Notes under the pieces: model-generated
Told to the model about the DNA's origin: nothing
Databases searched by the model: none
The model's input: only the letters and a program-made list of their open reading frames with translations
Shown here: piece by piece, positions 1 to 12,700 of the stretch
Layout of the letters: every line of letters starts with the position of its first letter
Position numbering within the stretch: the first letter of the stretch is position 1
Program-made: the position numbers and the translations under genes
Origin: Leptogorgia sarmentosa
Taxonomy: Eukaryota
Direction: 5' to 3'
DNA length: 64,000 nt
NCBI GenBank assembly: GCA_964658305.1
Contig: OZ210885.1
Location: forward strand, 1,426,001-1,490,000

Positions 1-1334
1 TCTGGCCCCCCCCCACATTTAAATCCGCTCCGCGGTCCCTGATTTCAGGTCAAAAATGAAGCCTTTGGATAACTTTGAGGTGTTGGAATATTCTATAGGA
101 CTTCTGTGAAAGATACGAAATAGAAAGCGGCGTGTTGGTAGAGAAACACGAAGCGATTTGTCGTCCACAATTCTCACTGTATATTTAGTCATCGTTTCGG
201 AAAAGTGTATTCCGACCGAGTTGTCCGTGAAGGGAATTCATCCAAGAGGCCAAAGTTGACAAAACTTATTCTTTTTGGCAACATTTAATTCAAGAAAAAT
301 AAATTAGTTTATGGGTTGATAGGCTCGAACGTCTTGAAGGAACAATGTGACAATTTTGGCAGCACTTTACGATCGATTATTTCGGGGTTAATTCCATTCA
401 AATTGCACGATTTTCGTCCAAAACCTTCAGCACGGGTAGTTATTTCAAAAAAATGGTGCTAGGACGTGATCGGAAACGTTATGCGGTCGTAAAATGCGAA
501 AAACATGGTTTTTCCAATACCCGCTCCTATTAATTTGACCGGTTGAGCAGCCATCTTGGATTGCTCATGTTTGGCACATGCGTCCGCATATAATTGTTCT
601 ACAGTCAGCAATCTAGGCTTCCTATATCTATGGTTATAACATTCAATAAGGACGAAAAAGAGAAAAATTATAAAAACAACTTTACTACAAACCTTTGAAA
701 TAAGGTTTTAACTTCTAACATGTTTATATCTTACAAAAACTTGCTTTGCCGCCAACGATTCAGTGATTAGAAGATCATAGTTACTGAGCAAGCCTAGTAG
801 CCAACCAAATAACTATCAAGCCATTAAATCAGCTAGTGGCCATCAATTTTGTTGTACATAAGTGTAAAGGGGATTACGTCATAAACCCCCATTATTAATG
901 TAAATCAGCGTAGTACTGTAGTTTTGAAACCGTAGTACTGTAGTCTTACAAAACCATTGTTTACAAGCTGCAAGAAATGCGAAAGTTACAGCCGTATTAA
1001 GGTGTATACATTGTAGGGGCCTGGTTTTTATTTAAGGAATAGAAAACATTTTCCATGTGGAGAACGAGAAATGTGTGGAAACACAAGGTCGGAGGGCGAG
1101 TAATGTAAACATAGGAAAACGTTTTCTATTACTTTTATAAAATAACACGATGACAAAAGCGGAATAACGCAATAGTGAGAAGCAGCTGGAAATAGCTGTG
1201 TTTGCATAATCTCACATCAACGGCTGTTATTTAGCCAATCACGCGCGCCCAATCTTTTTCACTTACTTACGGTTATTTTATAAAATATTTTGTCACACCA
1301 AAAAGCTGCTCATCAACTATAAATTTTCTGTTTT

Positions 1335-3723
1335 TCACTCTATTCCCGAATCATTTTGCACATTTTCCAACAATCCAAGTGCTCTTATGGCTTTATATTG
1401 GTCTGGTATTTCCATCAAAGCATGGACAGCAAATGTTAAATCGGATCTCCAAACTTTCTTCGTCACTGAATGATAATCAACAAATTGAAAATTATCAAAT
1501 TGTCTTCCAGGTAATTTATCATCGTATTTATTCATAATACACCATGGACCATCACCAACACCAACTAGGATGATTGAGAGCGGGTACTGACTAGCAGCGA
1601 TTATTGCTCGGCGAGTAGCCTGCAATATAGATGAATAAATGTTTTGTTGAACGAAATATTAGTTAGGAACAAGTTATCTGAGCAGCTTATTTTTCAATAA
1701 AGCCACAAGGTACAAGGGCGAACTTTTGCTCGCGATTCCGTTCATTACCCTACCCTAGATATAGGAGCGGTTTTAAGAGTTGACAAAGAAATTTTCATGC
1801 AAAGGTCTTTTAGATGTTTTTTTTAGTTTTAGAGAGGTTTTTCATGTGTGGGAAACTTTAACTTGTAGCTACATTGTGTGCTATAGCATAAATTTAGTCT
1901 CCTCGAATTAGCTATTCGAGAGTGACAAAGTTTTTTGAATGAGAATTATGAAAGGCAAATTCCAGCGGAAATTTACAAAATTTTATATTTTTTCAAATTT
2001 GGTTGAAACATGTCAAGAAAATTAGAAAACCAGACCCCTCCAAGGTATTATTTCTAACCATAACTTTCGTATTGAATACATGGCGAAACCGGAGTTAGTA
2101 TATAGATTTAGGCGTTCTGATTGGCTTACCGTCAAAAGGTAAACAAATGTTCTGATCGGCCAACAACGAATTTCAGCCTTACTGTCTGAGGCGGTATTTA
2201 CTAGTAGCTTTCAAAATGGCTTCGCAAGGTTCATACTGCATGGAAGCGGTCATTTTTACAAACTCATACTTAGGCTCGTTGAGTACAAGATCACATTAAT
2301 ATTCACTTCGCTGCTCCTGTAAATTTGAGCTTGTAATCACCTCGACTTAGGTAACTGACCTGATCATGTATATCTGACACCTGACCATCAGCAATTATAA
2401 CCAGAATATGGTACTGTCCTGTCATCTTCACAATGTCAATTGCTTTATTAATGATTGGCACGAAATTGGTTGGACCACTCATTGTAATTCGTTGAACAAC
2501 TTCTTTGTAATATGATAACACTTCGTGGAATCCTTTACATGGCTGGTTCGTTTCGCCTGGATAAACACAAGATGCATTTTTTATTCCTGATTTAAAATGT
2601 TCTAGTTCATAAGTCCAGAATGGGATGTACAAACCCTTGCATTATGCGGACATAGTTAACTCTATTAATTTACACAGTACTGAAAGAAACAAATTCCGAA
2701 AAATAAAGTCATCCTGCAATTCAAGATATGAATAAAAACAAGACAGACAATTGAAACTGTAAATTTTCGACTTTATTTCAAAGTCATCGTCAGGCAGATG
2801 TCAGGTATCGTCCGACACGTCAGGCAAATGTCCCAAAAAAGCACACGTGAAACGTGAAACTCAAAATAATTTAGGGGATGCAGCTGGTGTACGTGGTCAG
2901 CGGTTAGCGCTGATAGCCTCTCAAGCCTACTTTAAAATAGGGAAAAATTGTCCACACAAACAGAAAATATTGAAAAGCTTCCTGCATTTAACTAAAACCA
3001 GTCACGTTACAAGTCGATTTCTTTTTCTCATCTTTATGCACGAATTTAGGCTGTAAATTCTTGCCATTGATTGGAGATTTTTGTTGCTTTATGCGAAAGC
3101 TTTACCCTCGACTTAGGCGCAGTTTTAATGTCGAACTATTCATCAGCAAAACTCATAAGGTTGGGAACAACAAGAGTTCGACGTCTGAACTAAGCCTTAC
3201 AGTATTACTGACCTGATAATGAGAATACATCTTTATCTTTGGTTATCGAGTCACCAAATCCAAAAGCAGGAATGAGGTTATCATCATCCAACGGTTCTAA
3301 AGTCTGACCTAAGATGGAAATTACTTTCTGATATGGATTATCTTTAAACAATCCTAAATGATGCATTGAGCCACGGCGACCACAACGTTCGTCTACTTTC
3401 TCAGAAATGGCATGAAGTGATTTCCTGGAAAAAGTTCGTCTCCCTTGCCATTCATTACTGGCAGTGAAGTCAATTCCGAGAATAAGCTGACATTTTTCCA
3501 GACCAGCTTTCCGTATTGCACAAGAAACTTCTTTGAGATTCAGGAATTCGCTCACAATCGCATCGAATGTGATTGCACCAGTGGGACGTCGAGAAATTTC
3601 CACTATTCTTCGTTCACAACTTGATGCTTGATATTTTTTATACAGTTTCAATGATACCATTATGAATAACATTAGAATTACGGACAATACGTATGTATTC
3701 AATATACTTGTGTCCAAATCCAT
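1335..3723 (-). CDS. Copine-family (RGLG/copine-type vWA domain) protein with N-terminal hydrophobic anchor, no C2 or RING domain; ~330 aa, 3 coding exons (3723-3213, 2556-2360, 1619-1335)
   Basis: Three ORF-track fragments join in frame at GT-AG sites (phase 1, then 0; 993 nt). Motifs: GIDFTASN (MIDAS-like DxTxS), [48 protein letters not shown]. Hydrophobic stretch [15 protein letters not shown] near the N-terminus. An acceptor at ~3743 suggests an upstream non-coding exon. Confidence 0.9.
2757..2797 (-). ncRNA. Minimal hammerhead-ribozyme-like motif (Penelope-type) in copine intron
   Basis: Minus strand reads CUGC-CUGACGA-U-GACUUU-GAAAU-AAAGUC-GAAA-AUU-UA-CAG: core CUGANGA/GAAA, 6-bp stem II, palindromic mini stem III, weak stem I. 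Confidence 0.4.
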
Positions 3724-6700
3724 GTTATTATATGCCTTCGACCTTAAAATAAAACAAAAGGAATTCCGAGTATGTAGCTAGAAGCTAATGAATAATGATA
3801 TGATACATATGTCCGTGTTTTGCAATGGACCTTTAACCTTATTTTAAAACAAAATTGAAACAAGAAATGATGTTATAACGGCTTCAAAAAGCATCCTAGT
3901 TTTAGTAAAAATGCAGAGTTTGGTCGCAAAAATATTGTAAAGTAAAGGAAATAATTATGACCTTGTGAATTTGACAGCTTTTGTATATTTTTATTATTAG
4001 TATTACGCGCGGGAAAACGTTACCCCCTTCGAAACAATTGTATTACATTTTCATAAAACAGACAAAATATCTGTAGAAATATCTCTAAATTCGAAAAGAA
4101 ACTGTTGAGAAATTTGCTTGAATTAACCCAAGGTTAAACCATATAAAACAGTTTCTTGGATCATATAATTAATTGTTGTCGATGGACAAAAATATGTGCG
4201 CTAAAACAGCAAACGACTGGAATGAAATCCAATGCAAATTGCGCACATCAAAACTCAAAGTAGAATCTTTTGAATTTTATTCCCTGAATAGGCGATATTT
4301 CGGCTGTGGACTAATTACGAAATCTATATCTGCACAGCTAGAAAGAGCATCGGTCCTTGAATTAGTAAATTGCATATAATTTTGTTGCCAAATGTTGTAA
4401 AATGGGGAAAATACACCCTTGCAAAGTAGCCGCGGGCAAATGTTGTATATAATTCTCTATTATACGTGCTGAGGACCGAGGTTTGCAGAAATTTAATTGG
4501 CTCATTGCATCAAGTATAATCAATATTTTTATCAACTGCATGAGATAAAAAACAATACTTATATATATACATGTGTGAACTGCATGCTTTTTGTTTTTCG
4601 AACTGCGTTTTACAATCTCTAGAATTTGCTAACATGCAGTAAAGAAATTATCAACAGCAATGATATTGATATTTAACAAGACCTGTAAGCCGCATTTGTA
4701 TGCGAACAAGAAGGATTTCGATACGGATCTTCATCAATTATTTCACCTGCATGACTTGTTCAAATTAACACAGTCTCGTCTACACAACAAGTGTTCGTTT
4801 TATTACCTTTCTAGCACTCCGAACATGCCGATTGAGCTGTAGTATAAGATGGACTTGTGTGTGAATATAACCAAGTCAGATATTATACTATACGACGCCG
4901 GGATCAAAGTATAATTGTGTAAAGTATAGAAATTGAATTTTCTTACCATGCAAAGATACAATAACAGTTTAAGACACTTCGGCGGTTAATAAGGAGCTGT
5001 ACTATTGAATTATCAGAATGAATGCTGTAGAAAACCATCCCAACAGCTAGGCAAAGTGCCGATCCAAATTATTTGTGTCTATTTTGAAAATATAAACACT
5101 TGAAAATCTTACGTCAATTTGGACTGGATAAACTTGCATCAACTACTATATACGGCGACAAAGAAATATATGTTAAATAAAGCTCGATATGTATACAGTC
5201 TGCTTAGCTGTATGAAAGCTAAGGAATTATTCTGTAGCCATTTCGAAAAACGAAATTTTTAGCCCCGAACGAAATGGATAAAATAAATGTAGCTATATCA
5301 TGAAATAAAGATTATATCAGACTGATGTAAAATTTGTCTGAGGCAAGCATTTGAACAGTAGTCGTCAATTTAGAATCGACATGCAATCTTGGGTTTAGAT
5401 AATAATACATGCTTTTGTATCATCAAATAACTTTAATAACTCACACTTTGTTCTTACATTTATTTCACTGCTTTTCCACGACTGATTTCAAGTACTTTGA
5501 CATAACAATATCGCAATGTTGTCTGAGTTTAGGCTTGTTAACTCTGGTCCAGCAGGTGTTCTCATTAACATAAATGTAATTAAATCGTGCTGTGCTGAAG
5601 AAGGATTAAGAAAACCGTTTGAAAAAGATCTTTTTGTTTTTTTATAAGCTTAATAGTAAAGCCTGTAAGTGAAGCTATCAGCGCTTTTCGAACTTAAGGA
5701 CAGCGATTTCGACTGTATCTCTTCCGACGACACATCGCATTATGAATAATTATAGTATAGTACGACAACTTAACAGGTATATGTTTGTTTACTTTTTAGG
5801 GCCCGTTCACACGAACGATTTTTTGTTACCTTTTCTCATCATAGAATTGTTAAAAGGGTTCAATATAGTATTGCTTTAAATTTATCAAAATCTATAAAAA
5901 GTTATAGTTAGTTTGGTCATCATGCAACTTTGCCGGGAATAGCCTTTTTGCTGGGATATTACCAGTCGAACTGGGTGGTGATGTCGTCAGTGTTTGTCGC
6001 CAGCCAATCAAGTCGCTTTTTCCTCTGTTCGCGCGAACAAATTTGCGTAGTGACCGAAAACGGGCTTCAGGGTTAGGTTGTCGTCAATCAATGAAATTTG
6101 TTTCTGCTCGCGCGAACAAATTCCCCTGTTGGGAAACAAAGTTTGGAGTCGCTAAGAGTGCATGCTGCGCGTATATAGAGACGAAAAATGTCGTTATATA
6201 GGAGGTGTGAGGAGAATGTATACAGACTTTAACTGTTAACGAATTTTCCCACATCAAACCACAAAACGACATCTGATCTGTGACTCTAAACTTTTGGGGT
6301 TTATTACAAAAGGATATATTCAAGTGCACTACTGCCCTCGCTGTCAAAACCAGATAAGAAGGGAACAAACCCTCATCTTAATGTGTGTGTAAGATTCATA
6401 AAATATATTACATCTAAGCCCAAACTGCAGTTTGATGCCGCGAGTGAACGACAATTTTAAAGTTTTATAAAAATATACATGCATGAAGAAATTTACCAGC
6501 AACTCGACGTGAAATTCTGTTGTATTTGTATTTTGTACTATGTACGTTAGTCCTATTACAGCTTGTGCAAATTGTTTAATCCCTTTTTTATAGTGACCAT
6601 CACAAGATTGAAAAACATACACTGAATTAGTATTTACTGAAAGAAAAAATTTATTTTTGGAATATTTCCAACTACATTTTTAACCATGAAATTATTCAAA

Positions 6701-6787
6701 CATACTAATTTTACTCGACAATCTCTACTTCAAATGTCATTGTCAGATTACTAAAATATTGCGACGGTCTTCTTCTGTATCAAAAAT

Positions 6788-9700
6788 TTACTCCTTTCCT
6801 GTGAAAAAGACGAAAATTCTTCTTAAATCTAGCAAATTTAACTTTGGTATAGTTATTATATTAAATCAAAGCATTAGGGGCTGTATACTTGCTAAACTCA
6901 TTTTGATTTTTAGTGCGATTTTCCTCAAAGATTTGAAGGAGTAAACAAGTTTCAAGAAGAAGGAATATTCAACTGTCAACATACTCGTTATTATCATTCA
7001 CTTTTGTTGAAGACAATTTTTTCAAATTTTCCTTCAAGTGCTGATGTTGGTATGAAAAAGAAATCAACTTATCTCGAACACACAACATAATATCAGAATC
7101 AGAAAATGAAATTTTGAGAGAACATGCAGAGAAAACTTGTGTGCGAGAACAATTTAGATCCAGCAATTGTCTTTTGTTGTATATTGAGGTACCATCAAAC
7201 ATTTCTCAGCGACTATAAACATACGAAAGCCGCCAGGTATTTTTTTTTTCAAAAATGCTTTGTCGCTAATATTATATCTCAGAATATAGGACTTAATCCA
7301 TGTCTTGAAACACTGAATATGACTTCGAAAACTGTATACTCACTGTATTTGCAAATAAAGGAAGAAAATATTCCACAATGCTTCGCAGTCCACACCCCAT
7401 TATTGCCATGACGCATTTCGAAGCACGCGGAGGCTAGAGATGGGCCATTAAAACTGTGATAGGGCACTGGGCCGAAATCCCGGGCACAGAGATGTTCACC
7501 GCATGTACGAGCATTTATCCAAAATGGCCTTGCAGATGGTTTCACAAATGTGTCGTAAATAAATTTGTTTTCATCCTCATTTTCTGGGGACATAAACTTT
7601 TCCCCATCTGGACATTTTGCATCTTCCCATTTAGCTTTCATCATCGACTTGTAGCAAACACTACCACGCGCGGAATATCCAGGTTTGCACTCTGGAGAAT
7701 GAAATGAAAAGGAAAAATTCACTATTTTTATTTTTATATAGTCCTGGAATATAAATTAACGGTGGATAAGTAAAAAATATGAAACAAAATTATGAACTCT
7801 TGACAACGAACAAACTAAAACTTTCTGTCACAACAACTATGCGTAGAACTACAGATTTAGTTGATAAAATTTAGGTTCAATTATTTACAAAATGAGTAGG
7901 TGTGTTTTTAAAATTCGCTTATGAATTGCTGATAGAACCGCCCCTGCACGGATAGAGTTATCTTGTCTCAGAATGGCACGAAGAAAGTGCGTTTCACAAT
8001 ATCTATAGCGAGCGGCTATAAAGTATGGTAACAAGTCATGTGAAGCTAAAGGACGAAAATATATGTTTTCTATTTTCCTGCCTATATTGAAACAAAGTAG
8101 GGTGTTCTTCATCACATGATCAATTTTTGATCATAATTTAAGCTAACATACTATAGCTACTTTCACGATCAAGACATCGTAAAAAGGCGCAGCAATTACA
8201 GCCAATCAGAATAAAGATTAAAGAATATCAAAAAATATCATACGTATACCGACCAACATCTTTGCAGGTGGGACCACTGAATCCAGTTGGACAAATGCAT
8301 TTGAAATCTGTTTTGCCTTTTCTTTCACATCGAGCGCCATTAAAGCACGGCATCTTAGCACAAGGATTGTCTGGAATTGAATTTTAAGACCATTAGAACT
8401 GATGAAATGAGAATGCGACATTAGAATTTAAATTAATGAATTGGGACATTTGGCATGCTATTTTTTGTTCCAGCAAATAAGTATGGGTAATCTGGCGATA
8501 GAGGCGGAAATTTAGGGCTTAATGTTACGAGTGAATGCTTCTTGAAATGGAAATGGAAATGAAAATCACAGGCTGGAAGAAATATTTGAGGAAGCTATGT
8601 CGTTATTGCATGATACGACGTCACAACGTCAGATATCACCCTATAATGTCACAACGTGTTTGGAAAAATCGTTTCAAATGCTATGACGTCCCTCGTCATA
8701 TGAAACACAACATTTCCTAAGCATGATACGAACATGCTACAGTAAATTTTATAAACAAGTTTGGGTTGAACTTTGGTGAAAAAGAAGTGTCCATAGCAGT
8801 GAATTGAGTGACCGCAGTGTATTGCATGAAAATCGTTTACATATAGTAGGCTACTTCTTACCACATTCTTCAAAACCAGGTTTTCCTTTCCAATCGATAT
8901 TGAGTCCTTTCGAAGTGCAGGATTTGTCGTACCCTTCCAACGCTTGGCACCAGGCTGCAGAAGGATTCTCAGCTGTCATGGCGCACAAGTCATATTCACA
9001 ATCAGGAATATACCTAACGTCTGGTGTGATTTTTTCGTTACATTGTTTGAACGGTGCCTGTTTCATTTTTCCACACTTTTGTTTAATTGCATTGTATTGT
9101 GCTTGAGTGAGTTTTTTGCACGGATCCGGTGGAACGATACCATTCACACAACGACGATTTTTTCTCCATGCGTTTGCAAAATTCGCGATATTTGTGGTAA
9201 TAGTTTTGTCTGGAAGTTGAAAATCATTATTGGGATTGTCATCAGCATTTCCCAGCAAACCGCACATGTTGCCTTTATAACGCTGATTTACACGTACGGT
9301 GATACCCATGTATCCATTCCAAAATACAGAAAATAAGAGGTCTGGCACACGGAGATGTACTCCTCTTGCCCCATATCTGGCAATGTATGTTTCTGTACCT
9401 AGTAATTTATTAAATACGCAAACTTAGATGATGCAGGAAGACGATTTACACATTTAATATTCAACATGTATCATCCAGATTATTAGCGTTTTTCCATCTA
9501 TTTGTTTAATTAATTCCAGAGGTACTGGATTTTTAATAGCTCTTATATGCGGATTTTCTCTAACTGATTATAATTGCATATCACGATCACCATGCAAAAA
9601 GCTTCGCATTGATGTTGTAAGACCTTTTCTTTATCAAAACAGGACGAAGGAGGATAACCTCAGCGAAAAGCCGCATGAGTGCTGTCAAAATAGCGCTATT

Positions 9701-12700
9701 GTAGCAGCTGAGTGTATTTTAATTAACTACCCTGGCACATTATCTATTCCTTTCCCAAGGCTGATCTAAAGGTTTTCTATGCCTTTTAAAGCGTCAGGCA
9801 ATTTTATTCGAAATACGCACAGTTAATTCGGCTAAAGCGTTGTAGATCTTAGACTGTCTAATGAATCAACAATGACTAAACTTAATAAAGACATCGAAAA
9901 TACAGGAAATGTTACATTGTAAAAAACCCAACAGGTTATGTTATTATATTTTCGATAATAAAACCTACACTTGTTGCATACTGAATGATCAATCATTACC
10001 TGTTAGTCTCCATGGCAAACTTCTGATACGAACTCCGTCCACATAAACGACTCCTCCCCTCTCGAACTTTACTTCTTTTTCTTGAAACAGAACCCGTATA
10101 GACCTAGTGCAGCTGACAGATCCTCCACCACAAGGTTCATTTTGTTGAAGAACTTCAAAAGCGTGGTCCTTGCCACAATCTTTGGCGAAAACATATTCAC
10201 ATCTGCCCATGAAGTCATATCGCCTTCCGTCAAAAGTGACGTAGTGAGGATCACCGGTGGCCCAGCCCGCTGTAAAAAAAAGTTGTTATTGAATGATTAT
10301 TACCGTTATTACATGCTATGTTGTTTACCCACATTTCATGTATTCTATTTCTGTTCAAACTCTAGACCCTGATGATTAACACCTATTCAAATACACTAAT
10401 ATAAGTACAATAATAATGATTATTCTTTCTTTGAATTACTTGGCTTAATATTATTCTTTCTTTCAATGGCTTGGCTTAATTGCTCTATATATACATGTGC
10501 ATTTCCAGTATATAATCATAATCCACCCGGCGTGTGTGTTCTTATTTGTATTTACAAAAGTCCTTGGGAAAAAACGAAAACGGCTGAATAATATGGTAGG
10601 ATAGCGTCTTTAAATTTATTGCTTGATTCTCGTTAACGTTCTTAATTTTGCCAAATATTAATTCCATGGAATCATTCAATCACATCTGTTGCTCTTATTC
10701 TGACGGAAGAATTGCATATAATCACTGAATCGCAAAAAAATAAGATGTTTTCCGTATCTCTCCGAGGAAATATTTTTCTAAAATATTTTTCTTTCTCTCA
10801 CAACTTCATTAAAGATTCGAAATATTTTCATCTCAAACTTGTCTCCCTGCTTTACTTTTAGTAGCACTAAAATTTTTCAGTATGGCAGTTGTATTATAGC
10901 TACTGTTACGTAATTCTGATCAAAGATGCATGTATTGGGTATTCTGGTGGAACAGAGCAACGCACTGCCACCACACAGGCGTATTTAAGTTCGACGCCTG
11001 CTCAAGAACCCAATAGCTGATCATTTTCCCGGTTGGAATATTGAATCTTGACAGTTGAGCACAATAACTCTCCAAAATAAATTATTGGACTTGGGCGAAT
11101 TTAAAGTAAAAAAAATCAATGTCTTAAATAGACCTGATCCGTACCTTTTTCACACTTTGGAGCAGTCCAGTTTGGGAGACAGATGCACTTGTAATTACCA
11201 TTCGCTAGATCAATGCACTTCGTATAATTATTACAAGGTCGCTTGTCACACGGTCGTTCTAAAAAATATGAAGAATCGTTGAATATTATATTTCTAGACT
11301 TATTGAGCTCATAAATTTGAATGCAGTATTAGCCGTTTTTAATTGGCTGCAGTATTTCGGAGTTCAGTTTCTCCTGCAATATGCCAGGTACGATAGCTTT
11401 TCTGTGAATTTTCAATAAATTTCAATAGACTTTCCCACTTTTCAGACAAATTTTGAATTAGATTCGAACTTTGATTATGACTTTTCTGTGCGTAGGTAGT
11501 GCAGAAATATACGAATATCGAAAAGGGCGGCGAGTTATTCTGCAGTATTTACGTGAAATGTGCATGCTCGAGATTAATTTATCAACTCCTTGAATTTCAT
11601 TCCGATGAGATTGGAAGATTTTCCAAAAACGTTTGGTATGGAAGAGCTTGCAAAAGGCCACCTTCCCCATCATTTCAACAGGAAAGAGAACGAGAATTAT
11701 GTCGGTCACTTACCACCCGCTCCCTAAAATAATCCAAACGGAATGAGTCCCTCCTTGCACAAAAATGGTTATTCAGTATATACGGCTGAACGAAATGAAA
11801 GTGCCATTTAAGAAATAGAAAACATTTTCCGTGTTTCTATAGAGTTATAGAAATACGCGTGGAAGTTTGGGAGAAACGAGAAATTCCGTAGGAACACGTG
11901 CACGAAGTACGAGTGTTTCCACACAATTTCGAGTTTCTCCCAAACTTACACAATGGTGTGTTATAGTGTTTTAGTAGAATCATACTCGTATTCTATTGCA
12001 AATGCTGCAATTTGATTGGCTACTCTACTCGATATCTATTCCTCGATAGATAGCGAGTAGCAAAACATGTGAATTTTCGTTCAAGAAAATGTCTTCTGAG
12101 ACGCGTTTTTAAATTATTTATTGCAATATTTTCATGTTTGATCTCTGATTCTACTAAAACAATTAGATTACTCGCTCTCGATTTCTACGAGATGATAGTT
12201 GATTCGGGCTTCGCCCTCATCAACTATCATCTCATAGAAATCTCGAGCTCGTAATCTAATTGTTAAATAGAATCACGGGTTTTTTGAGCTCTCGACCAAT
12301 CAACGCCCGTGTTTTTAAAAGGCTATTTTATAAAATGTAATGTAACTAATAATTTGTTTTCTGCCGATAAAGTTTTTCTTAACTTCTGATTTGTACCTGT
12401 ACAGGTGACGCCATTTCCCACATAACCAGTCTTGCAGGTACATGTGAAAGATCCTCTTGTGTTCTGGCAATTTGCATTTTTATGACAGTTGTGTTTTCCT
12501 GAAATGCACTCGTCGATATCTGTAAATTTAGAAACATAATTTTGTTACGACATCATTGTTACCAAACAGGTAACCTAAGCACAGGTAAAGCTACCAGGAC
12601 GATTGGTACACTGAGCATGCGCGTGACAGTTATCAACTTGTTTCGTACATTCATCAATATCTAAATAAAATTGAATAACCGTTTTTAATCGGCTGCAGTA

